A stretch of DNA of 64,000 nt from assembly GCA_951406725.2 (NCBI GenBank), contig OX597815.1, positions 115,568,001-115,632,000 of the forward strand, given 5' to 3'. Both the position numbers and the translations under genes were made by a program. Below are positions 1 through 14,411 of this stretch, one piece after another; position 1 is the stretch's first letter, and every line of letters starts with the position of its first letter. A model generated the notes under the pieces. The model was not told where the DNA came from. It ran no database searches and saw only the letters and a list, made by a program, of their open reading frames with translations. This DNA comes from Octopus vulgaris. Its lineage: Eukaryota.

Positions 1-1388
1 TACCGCGACATCCTTTGTGTTCTGTTTTTTATTTCATTTGATACATATATCCTCTCACCTCTGCTACTAGCTGGCATATACAGGTGCTTATACTTATCAA
101 GTATTCACCCTGAATTTATTGTATATGCATTTATGTACATGCATATGTATATGTGTGTATGTATATGTTTATGATGTTTTTATTACATGAAAGAACCAGT
201 GAACAAAAAAATTCATACAGGCTTTTATGCAGAGCAGTCAATTTCATATAATAGTTGTACTTTTAGATTTAGCTATCTCTGTATTGGCTTTAAATGTGAA
301 CTGGTTGAATGGTTGGAATATTAAACATTTGGCTGGCTGGTGAACTGTATGGGTAATGTCCCCTTCCAGATGCTTTTTATGTCTTTGAACTATTAAGTTA
401 ATTTTACATCTTTTTGGTTCAAGAAGCCAAAGAATATATATTAGTGAGCAAAGTTTTACTAACATTAAGAGTATAATCAATTTAATCAACTGTATATACC
501 TGTATTACAAGTCCTAGAAGTATGAAAGTTCCATTGTTTATTACGTCAATTTAACTCAGAATGCAAAGGAGAAAACTAATTACCATACTGCATTATACAG
601 ATGATGTAATTTTTGAATAAGTATAGCTGTTAAAAGCTGCATCTGTAACATGAATTACAGTGGTTAAATTTCTCCCATGTCCCTTCATTTTTGCTGCAAA
701 ATATGATTATTTTCATTGAAATCATTCAAGGGTTAAAAATAATGTTGAACTGAGTGTATATGAAAATAAATTTAAATATTAATCCCTCTTTCTCTCTCTC
801 TGTTTATCTTTATTTTTCTTTCTATCTTATTCTTTCCCTCTCTATCTCTTTTCCTTCTCATTCTCTCTAACACTATCTCTGCACTGTCTAAAGAACACAT
901 TGCTTATTGCCTGTTATAATGAACCTAACTGCAAGTGCATCCTAGAAGTTGGTTAACATGCTAATTAAACATATTCATTGCATATAGTTGCATTAAACGA
1001 GCCAAATTGAAATTATATACTTCAGTCTTTAGATAATGCATAACTGATATTATTTTGTTATTTTCCTTAATTATTTTTTCTTCTTCTTTGTTTATTTGTT
1101 ATTCTGCTATTTTCTTTCCAGTATGAAACTGTATATCAAATTATTCCATGCTTTATAAAATGATGTAGTACTGATGCAAATATCAGCTGCTATATCATTA
1201 TATATATATATATATATATATATATAATGTATATATATATGTATATGTACACATGCACACACAAACGCACACACACACGCATGCACAACACTAACACACA
1301 CTCACACATTGTGCTTGATATTGATGTATTTGGCAGAAATCACATTACATATATATATACATGAGCATATGTTTATGCATATCATTCC

Positions 1389-1880
1389 TGTAATTATATA
1401 TAGGTTTTGGCTTGTATAGGCCCAGGCCATGTATAAATTAATAGCACCACCTGGTGGAGTCTTTTAGTGATATATGGGGCACCATATAAATCCTACAGAC
1501 ATATAAACACCTTTATATGTGTAATCTCTCTATGCCAGCTAAACTTGTTGTACTGTTTATTAGTCATAAGACACCCGCTGTTTTTGTCCTGTTTTTACCA
1601 TTATTGTTTTTTGTACTTTATATTCGTGTGGCATCGTCCGTTTTTCTGTCCCTGTTTTGTATACATTCGATCTTTCTTCCAAGAAATCTAATGCTCGTAG
1701 CTTAGTTTTTCCTTGGGGCTGGCCAGATCGGAGCGATCTCAAGATTAATCAGCCAAAATTGCTAGGATGATCTGGTTCTTGACTGAAGATTGAAGGCTTC
1801 GAATGTCCCGTCCGTGTTTTTTGTATCATCTTCTTAATGTTTTATGTTCTTGTCCCAGTTTGTATTTTTCTGTATTTTTC

Positions 1881-1884
<4 letters not shown>
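1389..1884. mobile_element. Solo-LTR-like interspersed repeat (~496 bp)
   Basis: TGTA...TACA termini, higher GC than the flanks, abuts (TA)n; no TSD visible. Confidence 0.4.
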
Positions 1885-1933
<49 letters not shown>

Positions 1934-1947
1934 AGAGAGAGAGAGAG

Positions 1948-2155
1948 AGAATAATAAGGTAGTCAGAATGTTGGATGATTATATATATTTTTTTATTTAC
2001 ATTTTATTTATACTTTTAGTGCTTTCTTCCGTTATCAGATTTATCAAAATGTGGTTTAAAGTTTTTAGTCAATTTGATAATGGAAGAAAGTGTAAATAAA
2101 ATGTAAATAGAAAAATATATATAATCATCCAACATTCTGACTACCTTATTATTCT
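1948..2155. repeat. ~208-bp hairpin (inverted repeat) beside (TA)n(GA)n
   Basis: agaataataaggtagtcagaatgttggatgattatatata is the reverse complement of tatatataatcatccaacattctgactaccttattattct; pairing continues inward. Confidence 0.9.
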
Positions 2156-2258
2156 AAATATGCAATATCTGTACATCACTTCAAAAACTATATATATAAG
2201 TATATACACATATATGTGTATATAACCCATGTCAGTAGGGAAACCAGACATTAAATGA

Positions 2259-2305
<47 letters not shown>

Positions 2306-3047
2306 TAATCATGATCTTAGTTAATCAGACTTGGCAATACACTTTGTTTGGATGAGTTGCTTTGAACACAATCAGAATGTTACAAAATCTTAATGTGCAA
2401 GATTTTCTCAGCTTTAGCTGTTATCTTTGACAGTCAAACACATCTACTCATTTATGTCATTAGCATCATTTAGCTTATTGCTACATTGATTTATGAAGCA
2501 AGATACAATAGATTCATATGGCAGATAGCAACATGCACTATTTTGTCCATTACATTATTACAGTGAGATGAGATACTGCATTACCTCTATCCTGGTTCGT
2601 ACTACTACAAAGATCAAAAGAATGAAAAATAAAGGTTTCACAGTCAAACTCGTACCTAACTGTCTTCCAGATTTTGAGGGAGTGTTTGCCCTTCTGAGTA
2701 TAAAGTACCAGAACCAGTACTGGAATTGAGTCTATTCTTTCTTTTCCTCTCTTGATTCTACCTGAAATTTAAAGGTACAGTCTTGTTACATTGTATAACA
2801 CTGATTGAATAGAAAACTGTGAAAGGGTACATGTGTCTGTAAAGTACTCAGCCACTTACATGTTAATCTCATGAGTAGGAATTTATTTGGTTGCATAACT
2901 GAATGTTTATCATCAAAACTAATGGAGAATGTGCCATTTATGCACACATGCTCACAAACACACACATGCTTACATACATACATACATACATAAATAACAT
3001 ACGCACACATACACACACACACATACATACATACATACATACATACA

Positions 3048-3132
<85 letters not shown>

Positions 3133-5424
3133 CCCATAATATTTCTGATCAGCTATTTTGTTAAATGTTGAATGTCTGTCATATTTAATTGTTTTAAAAA
3201 CATTTTGACTTTTTGATTTCCAGTTAGAAATTTTATTATTTTTTTGTTTAATTAAGATCCATAATTAAGTTTCATTGCATAACTGAGGGTTTTTATGACT
3301 TTTATTTTAAAAGAAATCTATATGCTTATATGACACTATTTACATAAATATTAGGAAATTAATTAAAACTACTGTCATCTCATAGGAAATTTTCCTTATG
3401 TGTTCAACCAAACATTACTTCAAGGTAGCCACTCAGCAGCAATAATGTGCAGATGTTATTAGTAAACTGTTATTATTTTCATTATGTCATAAACATCGAA
3501 ATACCTGCACATGTATTGTTTAAATGTTCTTTCGGAAGAGTTTGTGAACAGCTCTTATAGCTTAAAATACTAAAATACACAACTTGCATCGGAGTAAGAA
3601 TGGTGAATGATTATAAAAGTGCATTCAATTTGGTGTGGGCTTCTCACAGTCTCCTAGTAGTGATGAGAGACTAAATAGAATGATTGTAGGATCATGTTTG
3701 AATTGTTCACCTGTCCTGACAAGTGACTCAGACAGAGTGTAGGAACCTAGTCTTCCCTTCTGTTAAATGATAAATTAATATACATATACATACCTACATT
3801 TTTGAGTTATTGCAGATAGCCAGTGTTACAAAGTTACTGATGGTTTCATGCTGACTATCACACATAGTGCTCTTTTTTCTCTCCTGAAAAATGTTATAAT
3901 TTGTCTTACTGCTTTATTTCACCACCAAGTAAACCAGGACTATATATTCACCTACAGCATAAATGAGGCTATGAGCTTCTGGCCAGCAAATCTGAAGAGT
4001 CATCAACATTGCCAAGTATAATAGTTGGTGTGAAACCATAGCTAACTTTCTGATCGGTTATATGACATAACTAGAAATATACTGCTTGACAATATACATA
4101 AGTATAACCACTCAGTTTCTCTTTTAGAGTGTGCTTTTTTCTGATTTATGGACAACTAACTGATATTATATATGCATACATGTGTATGTTTGTAAAATAG
4201 TGTGTTTATGTGAACATGTTTGTGTTTACATATGTGAGTGTTTGCTTACATATGCAGAAATATAGTTCTTCACAGTCTGTGCACAGCTATAAGTGCCACA
4301 TGAAATGGTAGTTAAATGTGGGGAGAAAAGAACAAACAAAATGGGGATAAAAAAGGATGGTGGGTGACTTTCATAGTGTGTTTTAAATATGAAACTGACG
4401 CACTGGATAAAGTAGTCTTAGAATACATTATTTAAAGTTTCATAAAAGACAAGTTTGTCACAGACTTTACAGATAAGTCTGCTTGGTCTCATTATAATGG
4501 ACCCGGACTGAAGTAACAAGTTGTAGAAATATCTTTTAATAAGGCACAAAGCTTAAGAAGAAATGTAATCAGCTATACTTTAGGCTGGTGAGCTAGCAGT
4601 ATCAGAAGTGCAATGGGCAAAATGCTTAGCTGTTTAACTGCATTTCTTCCAGCTGTTTACATGCTGAGCTCAAATTCCATCAAGGCCAACTTTACCTTCC
4701 ATTGTTGCAGGCTTGATAAAATCCATATTAGTTGAGCATTGGGGTCAATGCAATTGACTTACCTGATTCTCCCCAAAATCGTTGCTCTTGTGCCAAAATT
4801 TGAAACCATTATTTGTATATACTTCAACTCTTCTGTCATTCTGGAGGAAAATGCAAATTGAAACCTCCAGCAAGAGGTGAACAAAGATTGATGAGGTACT
4901 AAATTAATTACAGTGAGATGTTTGTTCTTGTGCCTTACCTCAAACGTGTACACCACTTACCTGCAGCATATATGGTCAAAACAAATTTTATGACATATCT
5001 AATCTTCATTCTATCTATGGTTATACATTTTCCATTATTGATATACTGTATTGAGATTCAAGACTTAAAAAAGATGGACCTTGTTTTTAAACCTAATAGA
5101 ATATTTTGCTTTGTATGTATGATGTGTGTATGAGAGGATGGGTGACTAAATTTTACTTGCTTTTTCACTGAGCAGGTCAAGTAACCTAATAACCTAATGT
5201 CATATTTTCAAGACTGCTAGACTTTTGGAATGCTCTTAAGTATTTAGTTGACTATCTCGATATTATAAAATCATAACATACAAAGTATCTATAAAATGTT
5301 GCTCTATTTCTTATAGTATTGTATACTCTTTCCATGTCTCACCACCACCATTATTTAATCTACAGTCTTTATCCACTACAAATATTTGAAGAAATCTTTT
5401 ATTGATTTATTTACTTTCTTCCAG

Positions 5425-5478
5425 ATCTGAATCACTATCAACCTAGTATTTCTCCTACTCCAACTTTACCTCTTATAG
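5425..5478 (+). CDS. Candidate alternative unc-80 cassette exon (54 nt, phase 1-1; xLNHYQPSISPTPTLPLI)
   Basis: Strong acceptor ttactttcttccAG, donor AG|GTGATG, stop-free in the phase required by exon 20945. Confidence 0.35.
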
Positions 5479-5569
5479 GTGATGATGTTTTAAAATTGGC
5501 AAAAATATTGTCAGCTCTACTTTCTTTGCATGTAATTAGTAGTTGGATTTATTTTGCCGCTACTTGTAG

Positions 5570-5626
5570 TATTAAAAGCTGAAATTCTGCCACTTTTGTC
5601 ACAAAATTTTTTTTCCTGTACATCTG
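5570..5626 (+). CDS. Candidate alternative unc-80 cassette exon (57 nt, phase 1-1; xLKAEILPLLSQNFFSCTS)
   Basis: cttgtAG acceptor, strong TG|GTGAGT donor, stop-free in phase 1. Confidence 0.3.
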
Positions 5627-6883
5627 GTGAGTGTTTGTGTTTATGTGTGTATGTGTATATGTGTGTGTTACAGTTGATCTCACGGATAGTCACTGATTAT
5701 TAGTACTAATATTGAACTTTATATCACAACTGATTCACAAACTCTAAGTCACTCTTGTTAAATTTTGTATCACAAATAAATCACATATATTTAGTAATTA
5801 TGTTTTACTTGATTGAACATTTTCATCTCTCTACTGTAGTTGATATCACAACAGCACAAATTAATTCACAAATGACTGATCAGTATGTGTGTGTGTGTGT
5901 GTGTTACTGCTGATATAATACATGGTCCACAGTTTATTTATATAAACTTGGCAGTTTTTTCCCAAAAGTACTAAAAGCTTTCTTATGTAAAAGACAAAAA
6001 TAACTAATTAATTAATAAAACAGTGTAAATTAGATCTATACTTTTACCGTGGCATCTGTGGTTCTCCATCTGAGAAGGAAGTTGAAATATTTTCTGTCTA
6101 TCTCAAAGGTGTATTCTTCCAGCTTGATAAAACTTCAGTTCTTTGCTAGATTTCATTTTCTTTCTATTTTCATTCTTTAGTACACAATATATTTATGTAT
6201 AAATCTCTGATTTTAAAAGTTCTAAATACTGGTTCCATTTATTGCTTTATTACATGAAATAAAGCATTTTTATATATATTATGTGTGTGTATTATATATA
6301 TATATATATATATATAAAGAGAGAGAGAGATGTATGTATAGTTAAGAGGTTGGGTTTAGAAATGTGGTTGGGAGTTTGGTCCCTCCACATGAATGCTGCC
6401 AGCTAACATACTATACTATAACTGCTGGTCAACCAATAACTTGTGAGTCAAATGGGTACACACAAACTAAAGAAGCCTGTTATATATGTATATGTGTGTT
6501 TGTATGCATATGTGTTTTTGTGTGAGTTTGTATTTCTCCTTGTCTTTATATGTGTTTGCCGACTTTAAAGACTGTAAACAAAACAAAAGCTTTGACATCA
6601 ATACAGGTGGTCTCGGGCTTCTTGACAGTTGTGTGATTTTCATAAATAAAACTGGCTCATAACTATGTCTAAGCTGTTTGTTGTTCAGTAGTCTAGGGAT
6701 TATTACCTTATTTGGAAACAAGTGAGGATTGGTGACAGGAAGGGTATCTAACCATAGAAAATCTGCCTCAGGATATTCTGTCTGACCCATGAAAAAATGG
6801 GAAAATGGATGTTAAAATGGTAATGAGAATATTCTTGTATCATATATATAGTTATACATATAAGTACATCACAAATTATATAA

Positions 6884-6920
<37 letters not shown>

Positions 6921-6924
<4 letters not shown>

Positions 6925-8298
6925 CAAATAAGAAAATGGAGAGGATAATCAATTGACAAATATCAGCCTATAAACATTCATTTGGATCTATTTATTGACT
7001 AATTACAATCATAAGTTATCAAAATAAATAAATAAATAAATAAAAATAAATGAGTGAAGAAATACTAAACCCTTACAGCTGTTTCTACTTTGAGGGTGTC
7101 CAACTTGCCAAGGTTTCCACATCAGACCAGTAATATACAGGGATTGTGAGGAAGTAAGATAAAATAACAAAAATAGTAAGGAATGGTAAAAAAAGTCAAT
7201 TCCAAGGTAATATCCATAAGTTATGGGATTACATCTTATGGTAAAGAAAGTCGCTTCCATAGCAATTTCCCCGGAAATAGCAATGGTAAGATGTTGTGGA
7301 GTGAGTTCAATGGGATGGTTCATATCACAGGGGTCAAAAGTTAGAAGCTAATGGCTATGTAATAAAGTATCGTAAAAATTAACAAAGTTCATCACCCCTT
7401 CAGTATGTAAGGTCCCTTAGACAATTCATTCCTTGAATATTTTTTATTTGTTTTGTATTTTATTGATAGATTTGATGGACTCGAACAACGCCCTTGTTTT
7501 CAAATATTAGCGGACCAATTAAGTTGTAGGATTAACTTTGGCTTCACCCTACTCTGCATAGGGGCATTAGGATGAGGTTTTTGTTAATAAGTAATAATAT
7601 CGCACTCAAGTTTTATCCAAATTATTTCTTCATTAGTATAGTTATGTATTGATTTCCCGAAACAAGTTCACATTAAGTTAACTTTGTTAATTTTTATGAT
7701 ACTTTATTACATAGCCATTAGCCTCTAACTTTTGACCCCTGTGATATGGACCACCCCATTGAACTCACTCCACAACGTCTTACCATTGCTATTTCCCCAG
7801 TAAATGGAAATAGGATGTAACTCTCATAACCTATGGAAATTACTTATGGAAGTGACTTTCTTCACCAAAAGATGTAATCCCATAACTTATGGATATTACT
7901 TTGGAATTGACTTTTTTACCATTCCTTACTATTTTTATTATTTTATTATTTTATTATTTTATCTTACTTCCTCACATGTTAGATTCCTAACATTATGGTT
8001 TCTCTGATGAAGCTTTGGGGCTTAATTGTTGTCCAACCCCTGTCCAATGTTTGTTCAACCTTTTTATATTACTGGTATGATGTGGAAATCTTGGCAAGTT
8101 GGACACCCCCAAAGTAGAAACAGCTGTAAGGGTTTAGTATTTCTTCACTCATTTATTCTTATTCATTTATTTATTTATTTATTTGTTTATTTATTTTGAT
8201 TACTTATGATTGTAATTAATTGATAAATAGATCCAAATGCATGTTTACAGGCTGATGTTTGTCGATTGATTATCCCCTCCATTTTCTTATTTACCTTA
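6921..8298. mobile_element. Fold-back (inverted pLTR-like) non-autonomous Penelope-like element with hammerhead motif
   Basis: Arms ~6921-7385 and ~7678-8298 are reverse complements with indels; (TA)n on the left; hammerhead core in the right arm. Confidence 0.7.
8000..8132 (+). ncRNA. Type I hammerhead ribozyme-like motif with long stem II
   Basis: ttct-CTGATGA-a-GCTTTGGGG...(inner GTCCAAC/GTTGGAC helix)...CCCCAAAGT-a-GAAA-CAGCTG-TA^-aggg. Confidence 0.55.
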
Positions 8299-8445
8299 TA
8301 AATTCTGGGAAAATTTTTGCTTTACCCCCACTCATACCTATTATTCAATTGCGCTACTGACCTGCAACAGTAAACACTTGAATATAAATACATAGATATA
8401 CATCTAGTAGTATATGAGATGGTAGTTTAACATCTAACTCATATA

Positions 8446-8491
<46 letters not shown>

Positions 8492-10755
8492 CAGAGATAG
8501 AGAAGGGAAAAGAGAAAGAGCTTGACACTGTCTTCTGACTTGACAGCTCCTGTCAAACCATCCATCCCATGCCAGCATAAAAGGAGGACATTAAATGATG
8601 ATACATATGTATATCATCATCATCATCATCATCATCCACCATTAAAGGCAAGTTATTCACAAAACGAATATTTTAAATATTTTAAATTTCATATGAAGTA
8701 GTCTCTAAAAAACTATTCCTGAGAATGAAAATGACATCACATATAAATTAACAAATGGTTAAATAGGCAGGAGATTGTACTTGTCTTCCTTCACAGTAAA
8801 ACTAAAATGTATACATAATGAATTTAGCAATAATTTCATGTGTATGTGTGTGTATTTGTGTTTAATTGTGTGTGTGTGAGATCAATTGTTTTAACTTTAT
8901 GTTTAGTTTCAACCAATATAACTTTTTCTTTTTAAACTAAATATTTCAACTTGAATGAGGCAAGAAAATTGTTTCTATGTATTGATCTCTGAAGTGTTAT
9001 ATCATCTCTGAAGTGTTATTTAAAAATCAAATGACAAATAGTTATTTATCTCATGCACATGTACAACAGAATCAGTTGTTTGTCTTTTTATGACCTGATG
9101 TATCTGTCAATGACTAGACCTATCAAGCCTGTCAATGACTAGACCTCACAATAAATCTAGTAAATATTTCTGGCACTTAACTGATGTGATAGAGCTGAGT
9201 GCCTCCTTTAGAAACCCAGCAAAAAAATTATCAGTGAAAATAATGAACCACTCAATTTTCTGTCCAGCCATTTCAGTTTATAGATTTAGATTCATACCTG
9301 GCTATGTTACTTTGTTTAATGTGCTACATCTTCAGTGAAGACTCTTAATTCTTGTCTTCTTAGTTTGTCTAATTTGGTGGTTCCCAACAATTTATAATTC
9401 AGTGCTACCTTTCACAAGAATCCCTTTTCCCCATATTTGGAAAGTAAACAAAAAAATAGTAAATTATTTTAACCAAACATAAGTTAATTTGGTCTAGTGG
9501 ATTGTTATTATCTTTATTTTCTTAGATTATCCTATCCAACATTGCCAACTAGTGCCCCCAAATTAACTTTTTCTGAAAATTACTAAAGACTGAGAGGACT
9601 TATATAATGAAATCATATTGGTGCTCCATCAGTCAGGTTTCTGCTTACATTTTGCTGAATGTCCCATACATATTTTAATCTCAACATTTCTTTTTTTTTA
9701 CATGGATTTAAAATACAATTATTGTTTGTTAACCAGTGTTGGTGTGTTTACATCCCTGTAACTTAGCAGTTCAGTGAAAGAGACCAATAGAATAAGTACC
9801 AGACTTTAAAAAACAAAAAAAAAACTGGAGTTGATTCATTTGACTAAAAATTCATCAAGGCTGTGCCCCAGCATGGTCTTAGTCTAATGACCTAAACAAG
9901 TAAAAGATAGAAGGTAAAAAATGGTACCTGATTTAAATATTTTATTGCTAAGAAAAATAATGACCCCACCACTTCTATACATCTAGTTCCTCCAAAAACA
10001 CTACTGATATTTGCCATCCCCTGTGAACTCACAGTACCCCAAAAATATGTTACCACCAGATTAGAACTTCTGATCTAGCTATATATAAATTCTATAAGGA
10101 AGTGATCTTTACCATTCTAGATGAATAGAAGTGCTGAAAAATTGCTCAGTGTTTCATTAACTTGCAATTCCTAAATGAAGTTCTACTAAAGGAATAACTT
10201 TAAAAAAACCTTATTGTGGAGTCAGTAGATTAACCACCTGTTAATGGATAATGGATACATCTGATTAAGAAAAGTGAACTCTGTTCTCTCTGCTTATCAA
10301 TGTTGCATATGATAAATAAATATTGATTGAGTTACTGACTGAATGATACTTTAATTCCCTTCTGTGATATTCCATTACTTTATAAACATTTAAAGTGTCC
10401 TCTTAATATGAATACAAAGAGAGGTAAATAATTTTGATTGCACCTATCCCTTTGTCTATTTATATACTATATTGCAATTATTACCTTTGTATTACATATG
10501 AATCTCAATATATGATTCTGGTTGGTACACCTTGTTACTGCACTTCAGTCTGAATTTGAGTGCATTATCTAGTAGGTTTGAGGGAATGAGGGATTGAAAA
10601 CATGCTCAGTGTAGAATTGATTGCATTTCAAGATCTGGTATCAGTAGGTAAGTCTAGTATCTGATTTATTACTTGTTTTTGTAATGAATTGCAAAATTTT
10701 GAGATTTTCATTTCTTCGTAGCCTTATAGTTCAGAATAAAGGCCATATTCATTCA

Positions 10756-10792
<37 letters not shown>

Positions 10793-11512
10793 TGATCATA
10801 GGTTGAGATATCAAGAAATGCAAAAAACTCTTAAACATTGGGATATTGAGACTATATTATTGGTTCCCAAATATATATTAAATTTCTGAGACAGAACTAC
10901 CAACTGCCGTTTTCAGGTCTATATTTCTTTGGAAATTATTTTGGACCTTCTACATCTAAAAAATCCAGTTGGACTGGAATTTTTTCATATATATACATAT
11001 ATATATAAATATATATATATATATGCCATAAAAGATACAATGAAACAAAACAATGCAGATAGAAACAGTAAAAAGTTCCTCAGATGGTATGTTTCATGGG
11101 TGCAACCAGGGCTTTTGAAATATGGACAGCTGTATTCATGATTATATCTATGTTTAAAATGATCTAACAGCTTGTAACACGTTTTTCAAAAGCAGTTACA
11201 TGTCCTGAAATTTTGATTTGGAATCAACAAAATTTTATACTTTTAACAAACATAACCAACTTAGGTTTAATGGTTTTACAAGTTAAGGTATGTCTAAGAT
11301 TGTCAAAACATAATTCAGGATTTGACTCTATGAAACAACTATACAAGACGGTTGGCACTAGGAAGCGTGAAATTGAGGAATATAAATTTTTTTCCTCAAA
11401 TGCTCTACAAGCAATAATATATTTTCAATTGTCTCCAATAGCTCAGTCTTGATCATTCTGTCACCTCAGTCTTGTAGCCAGCCATCCATCCATGCATACA
11501 TACATACATATA

Positions 11513-11545
<33 letters not shown>

Positions 11546-13352
11546 TCCTTTCAGGGTTGATAAAGTACCAGCCCAGTGCTGGTTAGTCTTCTTTCCTTCT
11601 AGCTATCACATCCTGAGTGTTCTTTGGATCAAGAATCGGAGAGTCAAAAGAATAAGTGCATCTCTTGTTACCACATAGGCACCTAAAACAATTATTGAAA
11701 GTGTAATACATGTACTAGATCATTTTCAATTCTGAGTGATTGCCATAGTTTATTATACGTGTGTGTGTAATTATACTGTTTATTTCATCTTTATAAGGTA
11801 TGGTAGCTAAATGATTTAGTTACTCGTTTACTAAATTTTATCTCAGTTAATTAATGCATCTTTTGTTTGATCAAAGTTTACAGGTTAAAAAGAAAAAATA
11901 GTTATTATGGACAAAAAGTCTAATTTTATTCTAACCTTTGCAAGTTTGAAGAAAAAAATGGATTTTACAAAATCTTTCACTGAATTTTCTGTCATACAAG
12001 TCAATGTAGTATATAGTGTAAACATGTGTAAATATTCAAACATTCCTATCTTTCCAAATCATGCTGCATTTCACATGGAATTTTGTTCCCCTAAAGTCAT
12101 CTTGGGGTATATACTGACCTACCGTTTGTGGCTGTACATTTTGGCCTGAAAACTTTGACTTGCATGCCAGAAAGCACAATACTTTAAACAGTTTGCATTA
12201 AATCATTTAAAAATTTTAAATCAATATCTGAATGAAAAATTATCAAAACCAAAAATTCTGACTTGTTTTTAACAAACTAAGTTATTCTTTTTGTCCAAAT
12301 AAACATTCTAATTCTCTGTTGTATGTTTTTATTCCTATGTTAGTGTTGATGGTGATAAGTCATATAACCCAGTTACTGAGGCAACCCTAAAGGACTTTAT
12401 CTACTTAGGGCAAGTCTCATGCTGCAATTGCAATTTATCACTGAAATACAATGAAACACTCACCATGTATAGAGTGCTCCTGTTGTTTGCACATATTTGT
12501 TGTAGCTATTTGCAACTTCATGGACTAAGCTATTCCAGGGTCAGCTATCTTGTTCATAATAAAGTACTAATGATGCAATACAAATATTTAATAGCAATTT
12601 AGCATTCTCGCTACTTAGCACATAAAACTTTCAGTGATCCAATAGCATAATGTAATATTTGAATACTGTCTATTTCTATTTGTATATGTGCTCTTGTGTA
12701 TAATATGCACTATGGAAAAAGGAATGTTTAGTCAGATATATTATAATTGCTGTTTAAAGTACATTGAGAATATTCACATATCCTAAACAAAACAAGAAGT
12801 AATTTGTAAGTAACCTTTGCATTTATTTATCTATGTAAACCATAAAAATTCACCTGCTGTAAAGTCAACATTGTTTAATTCACACTATCAAGTCTTTCAT
12901 TTTACATAAAAGAAAGTGTGCATATTATACACAAATAAATACAGTACCCTGTATTATGCTATTAGATTCATTTCAATCATTTGTTTGAATGCTCTCTGGA
13001 TTAACTTAGTCCATTTCAAATATGAAAATAATCCTTAAGCCAGAGCAATACAAGATCTGCAATATCACTTGCAGTGGCTTTCTTTATAATGATATATAAC
13101 ATTGTTCTATTGTGACAGCTGAAGATATGGAAATATGATTGTACATGTAGATGTATGTGTGTATGTATGGGATAAATTTTGTATAATTATTTTTATTTAT
13201 CAGATTGATGCCTATATATAATTTATTGCTGCATATAATATTTATTGCTGCATAAATTTTCATAGCTGTGCCATACTATGCTATTCAACTTAGTAGTGCT
13301 ATTATTTAATTTGGTAATAATGCCAATTACAATTGCTCTTTATTTGTATTTT

Positions 13353-13383
<31 letters not shown>

Positions 13384-13419
13384 CATTATTATTATTATTA
13401 TCATCATTATTATTATTTT

Positions 13420-13603
13420 ACTTCTCAGAGCTCTCTCTCTCTTACTTGCTCTGGTTGATTTTGTGAGAGCAGACAGCATCCTGTTGTCAGAGATCTCTTT
13501 CCGCAAATTATAAGATTTGGAACTTGGATGTGAACTTATCATGGAAGATATTCAATACCGAAGCACTAATCTCAAAATCCTAGCTGTCCCTAATAGAACA
13601 GAT
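13420..13603 (-). mobile_element. R4/Dong-type non-LTR retrotransposon 3' end inside (TAA)n
   Basis: Minus strand reads SVLLGTARILRLVLRY* then a 3' UTR and (TAA)n tail; (TTA)n on both sides. Confidence 0.65.
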
Positions 13604-13619
13604 TATTATTATTATTATG

Positions 13620-13688
<69 letters not shown>

Positions 13689-13854
13689 GTTATTATTATT
13701 ATTAGACCTATAATCTATATGTTGTTATGAAATAAAATGCCAAAATATCAATTAACTGGGGTTAATTTAATCAACAAACTCTCATAAATTGTGTCTTTGT
13801 TAGAAATTATTATTGTTATTATCATCATTATTATTATTATTATTATCATTATTA

Positions 13855-14070
13855 AGATGGAAAACTGACAGAATCATTAGCACACCAGACAAAAAATGCT
13901 TTGTGACACTCCATCTGCTTTTATGTTCTGGGTCCAATTTCCTTTGCGGTTGACTTTGCCTTTCATTCTTTCAGGGTTGATAAAATAAGTACCAGTCAAG
14001 TTCTGGGGTCGACGTTATCAATTAATCCCCTCCCACAAAATTTCAGGCCTTATAGCTTTAGTAGAAAGGA
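13855..14070 (+). mobile_element. tRNA-derived SINE; other copies near 4580-4810(+), 14760-14945(+), 22290-22430(+), 41280-41460(-), 44602-44800(+), 45200-45330(+), 58080-58240(-)
   Basis: Shared core gactttgcctttcatyctttcrgggtygataaaataagtaccag and a B-box-like gagttcaaat. Confidence 0.75.
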
Positions 14071-14249
14071 GTATTATTATTTATTATTATTATTATTATT
14101 ATTGGTCAGTAGTTTTATTTTTATAGCGTACTTTCACTTCACTACCAAGCGCAGCTCTGTGTGCCTTGGGTATGTGCTGTGATTTGTTGTGATGCTCTGA
14201 TGGTTACTGTATTGAAAGTGTTTTCAGTAACCATTATTATTATTATTAT

Positions 14250-14365
14250 TTGTTTTCTTTCTCATTTAACACTATGTCTGGCTTTCTACTCTCAATCTCA
14301 TGGTTGCACTGAATCATAAAATCCCAAAGGATCTTTGCATTTCTATTTTCGACGATGCCTTCAGG

Positions 14366-14370
<5 letters not shown>
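14250..14370 (-). mobile_element. R4/Dong internal fragment between (TAA)n tracts
   Basis: Minus strand KPEGIVENRNAKILWDFMIQCNHEIESRKPDIVLNEKENK (RLE-domain segment). Confidence 0.7.

Positions 14371-14411
<41 letters not shown>

Noticed and set aside
1780-1815. CTGAAGA...TTCGAAT as a hammerhead
   Set aside because: No GAAA, stem III or stem I can be formed.
11780-11803. Recursive splice site (pyrimidine tract-AAG|GTATGG)
   Set aside because: Weak AAG acceptor and mediocre donor; expected by chance in AT-rich DNA.
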